A stretch of DNA of 64,000 nt from Squalus acanthias (GCA_030390025.1 CM059432.1:59398001-59462000); one strand, 5' to 3'. Positions 26,392 through 39,800 are shown, counted from the stretch's first letter. Translations and numbers: made by a program. Notes: generated from the letters alone by a model not told the origin.

Positions 26392-28019
26392 GTCCTACTC
26401 TTAATTTGTTGGCTTCCCACCCAGCAGAAACGGAAACTGTGGGGAACGACTTATCACCCCTTTCCTGCAGTCTCTGTTGCTGTCAAAATCTTCCCCCGGA
26501 TCTACATCTGGGTGGCCAGTGTGCCCACCTGAGTCAGGTGGTAGATCTATTTAAAATACAAATCGGGATCCTATGATGTACATAGGACTCCATTTGCCAT
26601 TTTAGGAGTGTATTGAGCAGAGTGTGTACTACGCACGCTCCGCCCAGTATCAACTGCCGGTCCAGCCGAAGAGGAGCCAACAGCTAAGTTTATGTTTACT
26701 TTTGTGGGACTGGGAGGTGCAGAAGCCAGTGGTCTGCCGCAGTGCACTTGCTTTCTGCCTGCAGTCCACCAGTCGAATGCTCATGAGGCCTGGACCTCAA
26801 AATGCATTGGGCCTCTCACCAGGACTAGTGGATGGTCACCTGGTGCACTCCACCGGCCAACTGTGCCCAAAGTCCATTCTACCCCATTGTGTGAAGCATT
26901 TGGAATGTTTCAACATGAAATGCACTATATAAATGAAAACATTATTATTACATGTTATTACTGAAGCTATGAGTTAATTTTATTGTCTCCTCTAAAAAAT
27001 AAACATGATTTTTTTCTCGATTAGTATTTTAGTCATTCAGTTTTGTTATCATGTTAATCCTTTTACATTACCAGTAAAAATGTTTAGCTGTTTTAGTGAG
27101 AAGAAAGGCAAGGGCTTACAAAGGAAAGCAGGAATGGTAAGAGTTCCAAGAAAAATAAATACTGACGGCATCAATCTATTTTGCTGGACAGTGTTATTCA
27201 TTCCTTTAACATTCAATGATGGCATGGATTGAATATTATGTAAAACACACTGAGCTCAATCCATTATAAACTAGTTGGTACATCAGGACAAAGTGCAGTG
27301 CTGCCGAGATTCAATAAAGCTCTTTCTCAAGTTAGATCAATCATTTTATGTTATCAATCGGGGAAAATATTCTCTTTGTGCCATGTGTTACAAAATTGTA
27401 AACCCAGTCTTTATAAGTCAATTTTTAATTTTCTGTACAGTGCACAGAGGAAATCTCCCCCTATGGTTAATTTAAAGAAAATAACCTTTGCAGGTGAATG
27501 CTCCAGTAGAGCTACACAGATCCATTCCTTATTCCATCGGCTTGAGTAGTTCATATTTTGGAACAGATACAGTCAGTCACAAACATATCAAACATTCTGC
27601 TTGTTACAATTCAACCAAAGATACTGTAAGTATAATTAATGAATGACAAAGAAAACAAAAAAATCTTGCATAGTTAATTGTTAATTTAGTTATTTCTTTG
27701 CGTAATTTAGTTTTGATTCACATCTCATTAGTAACTCCATCTATAATGTTCATTATATGTGTGTGTATGCCTATCAGGAGGATTTGGGGTGTGCATCAGG
27801 GAAACAAATTGGACAGTGCTTGTACAAACTTCAAAGTGTTATCTAAACTCCTACAAGGTAGATGACACAGGAAGTGTTTGGAACAAGATGTGAGCTGTGA
27901 GCACATGGATAAGGAAGGTGAGATAATGAATAGCATATACAATATGTTTGAGATATTGGGGGCAAAATTGGTCAACATTAACTACCACGTCCGATTTGCG
28001 TTTTCTTTCATTGATTTCA

Positions 28020-28200
28020 GTGAGTATTCAACTTAGAGGCTACGACATGGTTGCCATTACTGAGACATGGCTGCAAGACGGTTAGGACTGGGAACTGAAT
28101 ATACCAGGTTATAAGGTCTACAGGAAGGATAAGGAATCTGGTAGAGGGGGAGGAGTAGCATTAGTGATTAAGGATGAAATTACTTCTATAATAAGAAATG
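28020..28200 (+). mobile_element. CR1 endonuclease fragment truncated by a Harbinger
   Basis: Reads GYDMVAITETWLQDG*DWELNIPGYKVYRKD...GGGVAL. Confidence 0.8.
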
Positions 28201-28202
28201 AT

Positions 28203-29390
28203 GGGTGCAAAATTTGGACCCGTAGTGCCTGTTTTTTGGGCGCTACGAGTGCCCCAAGAGCTCCAAAATGGCATCCGTAGCGCACCGCACACTTGTGGGG
28301 CGAATCGCAGCAAATGCTGTATTGGTGAGGGTGTTAGCATCCGCGCAGTGAATGCCCACCGGAGGTATGCAGAGCAGGCAGATCATGATGTCAATCAGCA
28401 TGCAACGCTGATTTGATGCCAGCGCTGCCATTTTGGAGCTCCATGCTCCAGCGAGCCCTCTCTTAACCTCGCACAGCTGAACACGCGTTCGGTAGCAGGA
28501 AGGAACCCTCACCAGCACTATTTAAAGGGATCATCAACTACTTATAGATAAGTTGCTGGTTGATTTCTTCTGGCTGTTGGCATGCTTCTACAAGTGTTTG
28601 GTGCTTTCTATAGTTGTTTGATGTTGCCAAAGTCTACAGGGAGGGTGTGACAGGTGCTGAAGATGTTTTCCTGAGTTCAAGGCTTCTGCACAAGCCACTT
28701 GCTGCCAGACATGGGTGCACTATAGTCAGAATTCCCCTTAGAATAGAACATGACTTGGAGAATGAACAGAGGCCACGCAGAGCAGGACAAGCTGCTGTAA
28801 GAGGGAGGAGGAGAGGATAAGGGCTCTCAGCAGGAGGCCATATCCGCCCAGGGTGTTCAGTGAGCAATTTTCCTACCTGAACCTCAGCGAGCAACAATGT
28901 GTGAGACGTCTGCGCTTCAGTAAGGACTTCCTCATTGAAATCTACCCCCTGCTGCAGCCACAACTGCAACCTCAGAGCAGGGTGACGACCGCAGTGCCAG
29001 TGACTGTGAAGATAACCATGGCCGTGAACTTTTATGCGTCGGGCTTCTTCCAGGCTGGACCTGGAGATATTTGCAACATCTCGCAGTTTGCCGTCCACTG
29101 TTGCATAAAGGAGGTCTCTGAGGCACTCTATTCAAAGAGAGCTAACTACATTTCACTCTCTCTTGCCAGAGAGCAGCATGCGGCTTTGCTAGGATTGCAG
29201 GCTTCCCCATGGTGTAGAGTGCCACTGACTGCACGCACGTCGCTTTGCAGACGCATGTACTGGAACTGAAAGGGATTTCACTCCCTCAATGTGCAGCTGT
29301 TGGGAGGCAAGGACTATCTGCTGACGACATGGCTCATGACACCGGTGCGCAACTCAGCACACGTGCACACCATGCATATAACGAACGGAG
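28203..29390 (+). mobile_element. Harbinger left end plus internally deleted transposase
   Basis: gggtgcaaaattt terminus; YLNLSEQQCVRRLRF, VKITMAVNFYASGFFQ. Confidence 0.85.
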
Positions 29391-29559
29391 TTATTATTCA
29401 CACAGCATCTTTGATTCCCTCTGTGCATGCATGCCTGTTTGGTACTGCGCTTGCGCACTCAATCCAGTCGCGCATGCGAACTCGATCCGGCCACACATGC
29501 GCAGCAACAAGCAGTGCAGGGCTGCGGCCTGCACCGCCACACTTTCCTTGGCTCCATGC

Positions 29560-29876
29560 AGAGAAGGTCAGGAGATCGGAATTGGGGGGCGGTGGGGGGA
29601 TGAGAGGGGATCGAAGTGGGGGGAGAGAGGAGAGTGGATCAAAGCAGGGAGAGAGGAGAGGGGATTGAAGGGGGGGGGGGAGAGAGGAGAGGGGATGGTC
29701 AGGAACTTGGGGGGCTGAGAAGGTCAGGAGCTCGGAGGGGGGAAGGTCAGGAACTCGGAGAGGGGGAGAAGGTCAGGAGCTGCGGCAGAGCGGGGAGGGG
29801 TCAGGAACTCGGGAGGGGGAGAAGGTGAGGAACTCGGGGTGGGGCGAAGATCAGGAGCTCGGCGGGGGAAGGTCAC
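29560..29876 (+). repeat. G-rich minisatellite, unit about 24-27 bp (gaaggtcagga(g/a)ctcgg + G-run)
   Basis: About nine recognisable units. Confidence 0.85.
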
Positions 29877-29889
29877 AAACTATAATGAT

Positions 29890-30310
29890 GACAGGTGTCT
29901 GTACCAAGCAGTTAGATTCCATGTGAGGCTTTTAGTGGGCTGATTACGGCTGTAAGTTGACAAACATTTCTAGGTGACGGCTGGGTATGTAAAGGGTACC
30001 GTGCTGTCTCTTGGACATTGATAAGAAATTCAAACACTGAATGAGAGGAGGTGCTGACATGCTTAGTACAGTGCATTCTTGGAAGGTGCAGCTGACTGCT
30101 TGCCCTGGTAAGATCACTAAATCTTTTACAGCATTGAGTTTCCATGCTTGCGGTGGCCATATTGACACTCACTGCCCTGGCCCTGTAACTCCATGCCAAA
30201 CAATGCCTCATTCCTCTCTGCATGAAGTCTGCCAAAGACTTTCACCACTTCCTCTGTTAATCTGAGTGCTCTGGACCCTTCAACAGACCTTACCGAACTG
30301 CCTGACATTC
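29890..30310 (-). mobile_element. Harbinger Myb/SANT exon-1 relic
   Basis: RALRLTEE...ERNEALFG and QCCKRFSDLTR. Confidence 0.6.
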
Positions 30311-30989
30311 TTCAAAATGGTAAACTTTGTTAGTTCTTAAACCAAAAAAGATTGTGTGTGGTGTAGTTCCTTCAAGCTACTTCCTGCCCCTAAAATAGTG
30401 AGATCTCAAATACTGGTGTTTGTAATGCTTACAGCGAACTGTTATTTTGGTAATTAGGCAGTGGGGCCAGCCTACTTCTGAGCGAATTGCGCAATGCTTT
30501 TTTTTTACTTGGGATTTCACTCAAGTGGAAAGTCTAATCTTAAGTGTTACCCATTTATGAACAAGGTTAAAATTAATACAGGAAACTAAATACAGCAACA
30601 ATGCACATATCTTTAATTAGGTTTGGACTTATTTCTGGACATTCTTCTGATTTTGAAATCTGGCCAATATGTTCAGAAGGTGATAAATGATGTAAGGGAA
30701 AATGAAATCACTTGCTTATTACACATGTATCCAACTAAATGCTACTCAGCGTTTTTTATTACATTTTTCCATACAGCACTCTATCAGTGTTATTTGGCAG
30801 TTGTGCTCTGCCAAAGTGCCACACTAAACTTAATACTTTTTTGCCAGCTCCACTTTAATAACGTTATCTGTTTCCTGTAACAGCTCTATTACCCACACAG
30901 GCCAAGATCAGGTTTCAGATAACAGGCCTCATCTTGCATTACTTCTAGTTTGAATCGGGTACAATTTTAGTCACAATTCAAGGTAAGAA

Positions 30990-31155
30990 AGGACACCAAG
31001 GTTGTGAATAGTCCGGTTCAACTTAAGACAGCAGCCAGGAAGGGGGATGAATTTGGTGGCAAGGGAATAGAGTTTGCGGGAGGGCTTGAAAATTATGCCT
31101 TTGGTCTTCCCAATGTTTAACTGGAGGAAATTGCAGCTTCTCCAGGACTGGATTC
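30990..31155 (-). mobile_element. Short L2 fragment
   Basis: ggacaccaaggttg and ttggtcttcccaatgtttaactggagg give NLGV and LQLNIGKT on the minus strand. Confidence 0.55.
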
Positions 31156-31696
31156 ACCCATAAGAAAATATTGTAATCAATGTTTTGAGCACTTGATTTA
31201 TTCTATTAAACCTATGATTAATATTAATTACTAATACAGGGACAATGCTGAACCGTGGTAATTGTCATAATTGTTGGAACCATCAATGCTAACACACTGC
31301 TTTCAAGTACAAACACACCATAGCATTGACCCACACACAATAATCCAGGCACTGGCTGCTACATCTGGATCGTACTTTTGTTGAAGTACTCTGGCTTTAA
31401 CACTTAACTTGTGGTAAAATGGCAACAAAAACAAGAATGTTGATTGAAGAGTGTGGTGTATAAATAAAGCTTATTTGTTTCATGTCTTACAAAGAATTTT
31501 GCCAGATTATTCTGCCCACCAGACAACCACCAGCCTGACACCAGTGGCATCAATCAAGCCACAGTCCATGCCAGATCTCCCTAAAGTTAGAACCTAGATT
31601 ATTCATTTGATCGGTAAATTAAAATTGATCCCACCAGAACAGAATAAAACATTTCTGGCAGGCAAAGCAAATCCAGTGGGAAGGATAACACATAAT

Positions 31697-34507
31697 GGTG
31701 CTTAAATTGGTTAGCCCCCGAAAACGGGCACAGGGTCGCGATGCATGATTAACCCGTGCCCGTTGAGTGGAATGCAGGCAGCGTGCCAACGTTGTGCTAC
31801 TTGCTCATTATAATGATTGCTGTTTACAGCCAGCGCTCCCTGCGCTGTTCATTGGCTGCACGCATCAGCAGGGGGCCCAATATCGTTATTAACTTGCACT
31901 ACTTAAAGCTAGCCTGCATTCCTTAAAAGGGGAAGTGCATTGTGGCTGGAACAGGTGCTGGGAGTCGTTCTGCAACTGAATCTGACCTGGGAAAGAGAGA
32001 AGAATGGCTGACCATGGTAGCGAGAGGGCACCTAGGTTTTCGGATCCTGGAGATCTTAGTGGAAGAGGTGGAAAGGAGGAGCGATGTCCTGTATCCACAG
32101 GAGGCCTTCCAGACACACGATGAGAAGGCAGTGGGAACAGATAGCTATGAATGGTGTAAGCACGCACTTCTTACTTTCTCCTCTCCCCTCACCACAATCC
32201 AACACTTTTTCATTTCAGATACCCAAGAACTGCAACCTGCCCAGGCAGTGGTGGAAGAGCAGGAAGACAGTGAAGATGAAGACACACCACCACTCGATTT
32301 CACAGTCGCAGCCACCAGCTCAGATACTGACACTGCGTGTAATTTAGAGGATAGCATAGAGGCGGGATCTGCACATGGTGAGAAACTAGGCATAAGTGCA
32401 CTGCAGCCAGGGCAGGGGGAAAGGAGAGCGCAGGTGCCAGCTCGCCGGAGGGCGAGGTCACACATTAGTTCTGCTGCAGAGGAGTCAGATGAGCACTTCG
32501 ATAGACCAGGGTACAGAAAAAGGCTGATGGGTGTACATACCGAAATGCTTGGTGCATTGGTAAGCCTGCCAGAAAGCCTGTGTTCAATGTCAAGGAGCAT
32601 GGAGGAGTCCAGCACCAACTTGGCACAGGGCTTTGCGCAGAGCTTGGAGCCATCCTTTCTAGCATGGAATGGGTGGTCACCTCCATCAACACACTTGTGG
32701 AACCAACCATGATGCAGCATCTGATGGCCGATATCTCAGCTTCCATTGCAGCACAAACAGCAGCCACCCAACGTCTGAATGCTGCAGTGGAAGATCAGAT
32801 TGCTGCCATCATGGCTCTGGATACTAGTGTTCAAAAGGGCTTCCAAGGTGTCACAGCAGTCCAATCCAATCTTCTCCAACAGATTACTAGGATTGCCGAG
32901 GCGCGCCCCGGGAGAGTGCCATGAAGCATGAACCTGCTGTCCTTTCTCATTCCTGCTCCCACCCCTGCTACTCCACCAGTGCCCTTGCCGTTGCCTGTCA
33001 GCCAGCCAGCCCAGACTGCTGCAGCCCAGGCCGAGACTGTGCAGTCTAAAGCCGGGCTCTCTAGGCCCAGAGCTGCTCGAGGTCGCCACCTGCAGTCTCC
33101 TCAATTGCAGGTCAGCAGCCTTCCACGCTGCAGCCACTGGTGAAGCTCCTCGTAAAACCTTCAGGACGCCAATAGTCTGATCCATCAGATTTCTTGTGGC
33201 AGCATAGCTCTCGTTGTATGCCTGCTGTGCAGGGTTGCAGACTGGAATCATGAGCCATGTCGTCAGTGGATTGCCCTTGTCGCCCAGTAGTTACCCTTTG
33301 ATTTGCCGAGGTGGTTGAAATACAGCTGGAACAGAGGACTGCTGCAGAATGAATGCCTCGTGACTGCTGCCAGGATACCGGGCATTGGCCTGCCTGAGGC
33401 CACACACTAGCTACACGTTGAGGGAGTGGAATCCCTTTCAGTTCAGGTACATGCAGAGTTGACATGAGGCACACGTAAAGCGATGTGCATGCAGTCAATG
33501 ACACCCTGTACCATGGGGAAGCCTGCAATCCTTGCAAACCCTCGTGCTTGCTCCGCCTGCTTCTCTCTGGCAAGAGGGAATGAAATGAAGTTTTCTCTCT
33601 TTGCATAGAGAGCCTCAGTGACCTCCTTATGCAGCAATGCACTGCAAACTGCGAGATGTTGCTCATATCTCCAGCAGCAGCCTGGAAGGAGCCAGACGGA
33701 TAAAAGTTCATCGCCATGGTCACCTTCACAGCCACTGGCAATGTCCTGCTCTGAGGTTGGAGTCATGGCTTCAGCAGTTAGCAGGTTTCAATGACGACCT
33801 CTTCAGTGAAGCGCAGATTTCTCAAACATTGGTCGTCACTCAAGTTAAGGTATGTGAATTGCTCCCTAAACACCCGAGGCAGATATGGCCTCCTGCTGAG
33901 AGCCCTTCTCCCCCTCTTCCTCTCTCTTCTAGCAGCTTGTCCTACTCTGCGTGGCTTCTGCTCATTCTCCCAGTCATTCTCAATGCCAAGACGTGTGGAA
34001 GCAATTGGTTTGTGCAGAAGCCTTGAAGTCAGCAGAAAAGTACTTCAGCACCTGCCAGACCACTCCCTGTAGACTTTTGAAACTTGAAACAACTATAGGA
34101 AGCACCAAAAACGTGTAGAATTGCACCATCAGCCAGAAGAAATAAACCAGCAACAAACCTGTCAGTAGTTGATGATTCCTTTACATAGCACTGGTGGGGG
34201 GTCCTTCATGCCATTGAACACATGCTCAGCTGTTGGATATTAAGAGAGGGCGCAGGCTGGTGCGTGGAGTGCCAAAATGGCAGTGCTGGCGTCAAATCAG
34301 CATTGCACGCTGATTGACGTCATGATCTGTCTGCTCTGCATGCTGCCGGAGGACATTAGATGCGCGCGCATTAACCCCTTTACCAGTATGGCGTCCGGTG
34401 CACTTCGCATCAGAAGCGTGCGCGTGCGATGTGGACGCCATTTTCGAACCTTAAGGGGCCTCGTAGCACCCAAAAAAAAGGGGTGCTACCGAGCCCAATT
34501 TCGCCTC
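31697..34507 (-). mobile_element. Harbinger element in reverse orientation, internally deleted (Myb remnant on + about 32004-33150; transposase on - about 33150-34000)
   Basis: Ends match those of 46989-48059 and 28203 in reverse complement; [23 protein letters not shown]. Confidence 0.87.
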
Positions 34508-36099
34508 AAACATCTTAGGAGTTTGCAGTCTGTGAAAAATATCCATTCAGCATTCACGGTTACATATTAAATGTTTTAGAATGTAGCAGCAACAGATTCA
34601 GGGACATATACAAACTACACCATAGACTGCAGTTGATGCGAATATTAATTGAAAATAATAATTTCTTCAGGATATTATCTAAATTACTGGTTGATCCTCC
34701 ATGACAAGAGTCCCAACAGAGTGAGGCCAGTGAAGCTGAGTCCAAAGATCAGAGAAGCTGAGTCTAGAGTTGGCCTGAAAGCAGGCGCAAATATGACGCA
34801 AAAGATTGCGAAAACTCGAGTTGCATTGAATGCAATTTGTGCTTAAAATTCCAAACTTTTGCGCCGGTTTCGCTGATAGTGGGGTAATTGCGCCGAAAAC
34901 CTGCACAATCGAGCGGAAACTCCAGGCCACTGAGTTTTAGGGGTCGATTTTAACTGTGAGCAGGATGGGTGCATGGGAGCCCGAAGTGAGCGGCGCACTT
35001 GGGAGTCATGAAGGAAGCAAGGACCAGTCGATTGTAACGGCCAGACCTCATTTAAACTTTTTAAATCCATCTCCCACATGAAGCCGGCAGAGTGGGAGTT
35101 GCAATTGGGGCGGAAGTCAGACGCTGCCAGGGACCCCTGTCCAGTGAGACCAAAGATTAACCTGCTCAGAAAAACAGTCGGTGGGAATTATATAATAAAC
35201 AGAAATTAGTTTTATAAGAACATAAGAAATAGGAGCAAGAGTAGGCCATTTGGCCCCTCGAGCCTGCTCCGCCATTCAATAAGATCATGGCTAATCTGGT
35301 CTTGGCCTCAACTCCACGTTCCTGCCCGCTCCCCATAACCCTTGACTCCCTTATCGTTCAAAAATCTGTCTACCTCCACCTTAAATATATTCAATGGCCC
35401 AGCCTCCACAGCTCTCTGGGGTAGAGAATTCCAAAGATTCATGGCCCTCTGAGAGAAGAAATTCCTCCTCATCTCCGTTTTTAATGGGCAACCCCTTATT
35501 CTGAAACGATGCCCCCCTAGTTCTAGATTCACCCATGAGGGGAAACATCCTCTCTGCATCTACCCTGTCAAGTTCCCTCAGAATCTTACACGTTTCAATA
35601 AGATCACCTCTCATTCTTCTAACCTCCAATGAGTATAGGCCCAACCTGCTCAACCTTTCTTCATAAGACAACCCCTTCATCTCCGGAATCAACCTCGTGA
35701 ACCTTCTCTGAACTGCCTCCAACGCAAGTATATCCCTCCTTAAATAAGGAGACCAAAACTGTACGCAGTTCTCCAGGTGTGGTCTCACCAATGCCCTGTA
35801 CAGTTGTAGCAAGATTTCCCTACTTTTATACTCCACCCCCCTTGCAATAAAAGCCAACATTCCATTTGCCTTCCTAATTACTTGCTGTACCTGCATGCTA
35901 ACTTTTTGTGTTTCATGTACAAGGACCCTCAGATCCCTCTGTACCGCAGCATTTTGTAGTCTCTCTCCATTTAAATAATAATTTGCTTTTTTTATTATTC
36001 CTACCAAAGTGGATAACCTCACATTTTCCCACATTATACTACACTTGCCAAATTTTTGCCCACTCACTTAACCTATCTATATCCCTTTGCAAATTCTTT

Positions 36100-36907
36100 G
36101 GGGGCGATTTTCCCAGCCCTGGGGAGGCGGGTATGGAGGCGGTACTGCCGGGAAAATGGCAGAACCTGGGAGTGGGTACCCATCCCGCCCCCAACCCGCC
36201 TCCGTGCCATCTTCCCAGGAGGCGGGTACCCGACCCGTGCCGGGTCCTGTCTCCTCGAGGCGGGAAGGGGATTAGTGCCAATTAACTGCCTGTTAACAGG
36301 TAGTTAACAGGCAGTTTTTTGGCTAATCCCTATTTTGAGCCCTAAAGTGTCAGCGAGGCAAGCCATGGGTCTGCGGGGGTCGGAGGGGCTGAAATGTCCG
36401 GTGTGCAGGTGAGTGATGAGTGCAAGTGTGGAGAGGTAAGTGTGTGAGGTGAGTGTAGAGTGTTTTAATAAGATTACTTACCTTTGCTTCTTCCTCCAGG
36501 CTTCATCCCTTTAGGCTGCGGAGCTGCCTCATCTCACCGGCAGAGAAAGCAGAATGGCCGCTGCATTCTTAAATGCAGCAGCCTTCTGCTTTCTACTCAG
36601 GAAAGCTTTCTAAGTGAGCCTGTGTCCTCGGTCTCAACTTAGAAGACAGATTGTCAGTGTTTGACAGCGTCACAGAGCTGTCAAACGATGACAATTCATC
36701 TGTCAAAAAATCTTGACAGATGAAACGTCATTCGCTGACATCATCTGTCATCAGTTTTCCCTTAATTGGCCGGCTAAGCCCGCTGGGTGGGCTTAACAAG
36801 GCCAATCAATGGAAAATAGCGTGGGTTGGCCAGACATCGATGGAGGCGGGACTAAAACCCGACAGCTTTCCTGCTTCCATCACGTCCCCATTGATACAAT
36901 CACCTCC
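36100..36907. mobile_element. MITE nested in CR1 RT
   Basis: Interrupts the CR1 frame; imperfect termini gggggcgatt and aatcacctcc. Confidence 0.75.
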
Positions 36908-37952
36908 ATGATGTCCTCTTCACAACTTGCTTTCCCACCCATCTTTGTATCACCAGCAAATTTGGCTACATTACACTCAGTCCTTTCATCCAAGTCATTA
37001 ATATAGATTATAAACAGCTGAGGCCCTAGCACTGATCCCTGTGGCACCCCACTAGTTACAGTTTGCCAACCTGAAAATGACCCATTTATCCTGACTCTCT
37101 GTTTCCTGTTAGTTAGCCAATCCTCTATCCATGCTAATATATTACCCCCAACCCCATGAGCTCTTATCTTGTGCAGTAACTTTTTATGCGGCACCTTATC
37201 GAATGCCTTCTGGAAATCCAAATACACTGCATCTACTGGTTCCCCTTTATCCACCCTGCTCATTACATTCTCAAAGAACTCTAGCAAATTTGTCAAACAT
37301 GATTTCCCTTTCATAAAACCATGCTGACTCTGCTTGACTGTATTATGATTTTCTAAATGTCCTGCTACTACTTCCTTAATAATGGACTCCAGCATTTTCC
37401 CAATGACAGATGTTAGGCTAACTGGTCTATAGTTTCCTGGTTTAAGTCTGCCTTCTTTCTTGAACAGGGGTGTTACATTTACGGTTTTCCAATCCGCTGG
37501 GACCTCTCCAGAATCCAGGAAATTTTGGTAGATTACAACCAATGCATCCACTATCTCTGCATCCATTTCTTTTAAGACCCTAGGATGCAGGCCATCAGGT
37601 CCAGGGGACTTGTCCACCTTTAGTCCCATAAGTTTGCCGAGTACTTTTTCTCTCGTGATGGTGATTGTTTTAAGTTCCCCCCTCCCTATAGCTCCTTGAT
37701 TATCTATTATTATTTTGATGCTTTTAGTGTCTTCTACCGTGAAGAACAATACAAAATATTCGTTCAAAGTCTCTGCCATTTCCCTGTTTCCCATTATTGA
37801 TTCTGCAGTCGCATCCTCTAAGGGATCAATGTTTACTTTAGTTACTCTCTCCTTTTTATATTCCTGATGTGGAGATGCCGGTGTTGGACTGGGGTGGACA
37901 AATGTGAGAAGTCGCACAACACCAGGTTATAGTCCAACAGCTTTATTTGAAA

Positions 37953-37989
37953 TCACAAGCTTTCGGAGCACTGCTCCTTCGTCAGGTGA
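37953..37989 (-). ncRNA. Minimal type I hammerhead ribozyme motif
   Basis: Mirror copy of 37995-38031 with loop II agu. Confidence 0.75.
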
Positions 37990-37994
37990 AGTCT

Positions 37995-38031
37995 TCACCT
38001 GACGAAGGAGCAGCGCTCCGAAAGCTTGTGA
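37995..38031 (+). ncRNA. Minimal type I hammerhead ribozyme motif
   Basis: UCAC-CUGACGA-A-GGAGC agc GCUCC-GAAA-GC-UU-GUGA: stem I, conserved core, stem II, and palindromic AGCU in place of stem III. Confidence 0.75.
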
Positions 38032-39800
38032 TTTCAAATAAAGCTGTTGGACTATAACCTGGTGTTGTGCGACTTCTCACATTTTATATTTCTGCAGAAG
38101 CTCTTACTATCTGTTTTTATATTTCTTGCTAGTTTACTCTCATAATCTATCTTCTCTCTCTATTATTTTTTTAGTCGTCCTTTGCTGGTTTCTAAAAATT
38201 TCCCAATCCTTTGGCCTACCACTAATCTTTGCATTATTGTATGCCTTTGTTTTCAATTTGATACCATCCTTAACTTCCTTAGTTAGCCACAGATGGTTAA
38301 TTCTTTACTTAGAGTCTTTCTTTCTCACTGGAACATATCTTTGCTGAGAGTCATGAAATATCTCCTTAAATGTCTGCCACTGCTTATCTACCATCTTACC
38401 CTTTAATCTATTTTCCCAGTCCACTTTAGCTAACTCTGTCTTCATACCTTTGTAATTGCCTTTATATAAGTTCAGGACATTAGTTTGAGACCCAAGTTTC
38501 TCACCCTCAATCTGAATTTGAAATTCTAACATGCTATGATCACTCTTCCCTAGAGGATCCTTTACTATGAGATCATTAATTAATCCTATCTCATTACACA
38601 TTACCAGATCTAAAATAGCCTGCTCCCTGGTTGGTTCCATAACGTATTGTTCTAAGAAACCATCCCAAATACACTCTATGAACTCTTCCTCAAGGCTACC
38701 TTTGCCAATTTGATTTGTCCAATCTATATGAAGATTAAAATCACCCATGATTATTGCAGTACCTTTCTTACAAGCCTCCATTATTTCTTACATTATTAGT
38801 TACAGCTTTGTTAATTTAATTTCATTAAGGGACACCCAATAAAAGTAAAACATGCTGTGAGAAGATGGAAAGGTTAGCAGATTTTCAATTTCAAAGGATC
38901 TTTTCTTGGCTATCAACATAATATTAATCAATTTAATCTGCTGAGGTAGTTCTGGGGACAGTTCTAATAAGAGAAACAACAGATATTAAATTAATCTCAG
39001 ATAGAGCATTAATCATTTTCTGAAGGAATGAACTTTCTCCTCCAATATTGATGATTCAGAATGATCAATATTTGTGTGAAAATAAGTGCCAATTTCAAAG
39101 TACAGTAAATGCAGTGAGTGAGAAATGTGCCTTTACACATTTTAATGTAATGGGATAGAAATAAAGAAATATGAACATCTATTTTTGGTGGCAGGTAAAC
39201 CATTTCACTAGTTCCCAAGCTGTGCAATTCAAGGAATAGTAAAGTTCCAGCTTCCACAGGCAAATAAATGAAGAAATTAAAGCTGAAACAAGTTTGGTTT
39301 TACATTCATGTTCAAGAAAATCTAGATGAAGCTGAGAATGTGTATGACCCTGTGTAACTGTGGCACCCTTAATGCTAATAAAAATACATAGGGGAAAAAT
39401 TCCCCATCCATAATATCCAACAAAATATCCATAATATCCAACAAAATGGTAAACATAATGCATAAGGAACATGCTTACAATTTTACTACAAATAGTGAAC
39501 AGAAGAAATCATTCTCAGTTTAATAGAAACTGCTGCAATTTATATTGTGTTCTTGTATGCTGACAAAGAACTTTGAAACTCATTTTGCAGAAGCGCCCAA
39601 TAGCTCAGCTGTTAAAGTCGCTGTCCAGCATAACAATTGATGAAGGTCTCAGAATCAATCCTCAATCTAGCTGAGCTCAGCCAAGATAGCAGTTGGAGTG
39701 CTACAATTGGACGTTGAGCTAGGGTGGTTCTGACAAAATTTAAATTGTGTCCTATTACAGAATACTTTTAATCTAATTTGAACAAATTCAACATATTGGT

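Larger units (their letters stand above)
22430..26400 (-). mobile_element. Near full-length CR1 LINE (ORF1 + ORF2 + 3' UTR)
   Basis: ORF1 (zinc finger + esterase) and ORF2 (APE + RT) are both present in order, followed by a CR1-type 3' tail (catagagtcatacag on +). The 5' UTR is missing. Confidence 0.95.
37867..38084. mobile_element. Penelope-like inverted terminal repeat insertion (92-bp arms)
   Basis: 37900-37991 and 37993-38084 are reverse complements with one mismatch; duplicated target tttatatt(c/t)ctg on both sides. Confidence 0.85.
35213..38790 (-). mobile_element. CR1 LINE ORF2 fragment with two nested insertions
   Basis: MGDFNLH, SDHS, KSPGPDGLHPR, DFQKAFDKVPH, GVPQGSVLGP; (cataagaa)n tail. 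Interrupted at 36100-36907 and at about 37867-38084. Confidence 0.93.

Noticed and set aside
29560..29876. CRISPR-like repeat-spacer array
   Set aside because: Eukaryotic context, degenerate units, low-complexity G-run spacers and no cas genes; it is a minisatellite.
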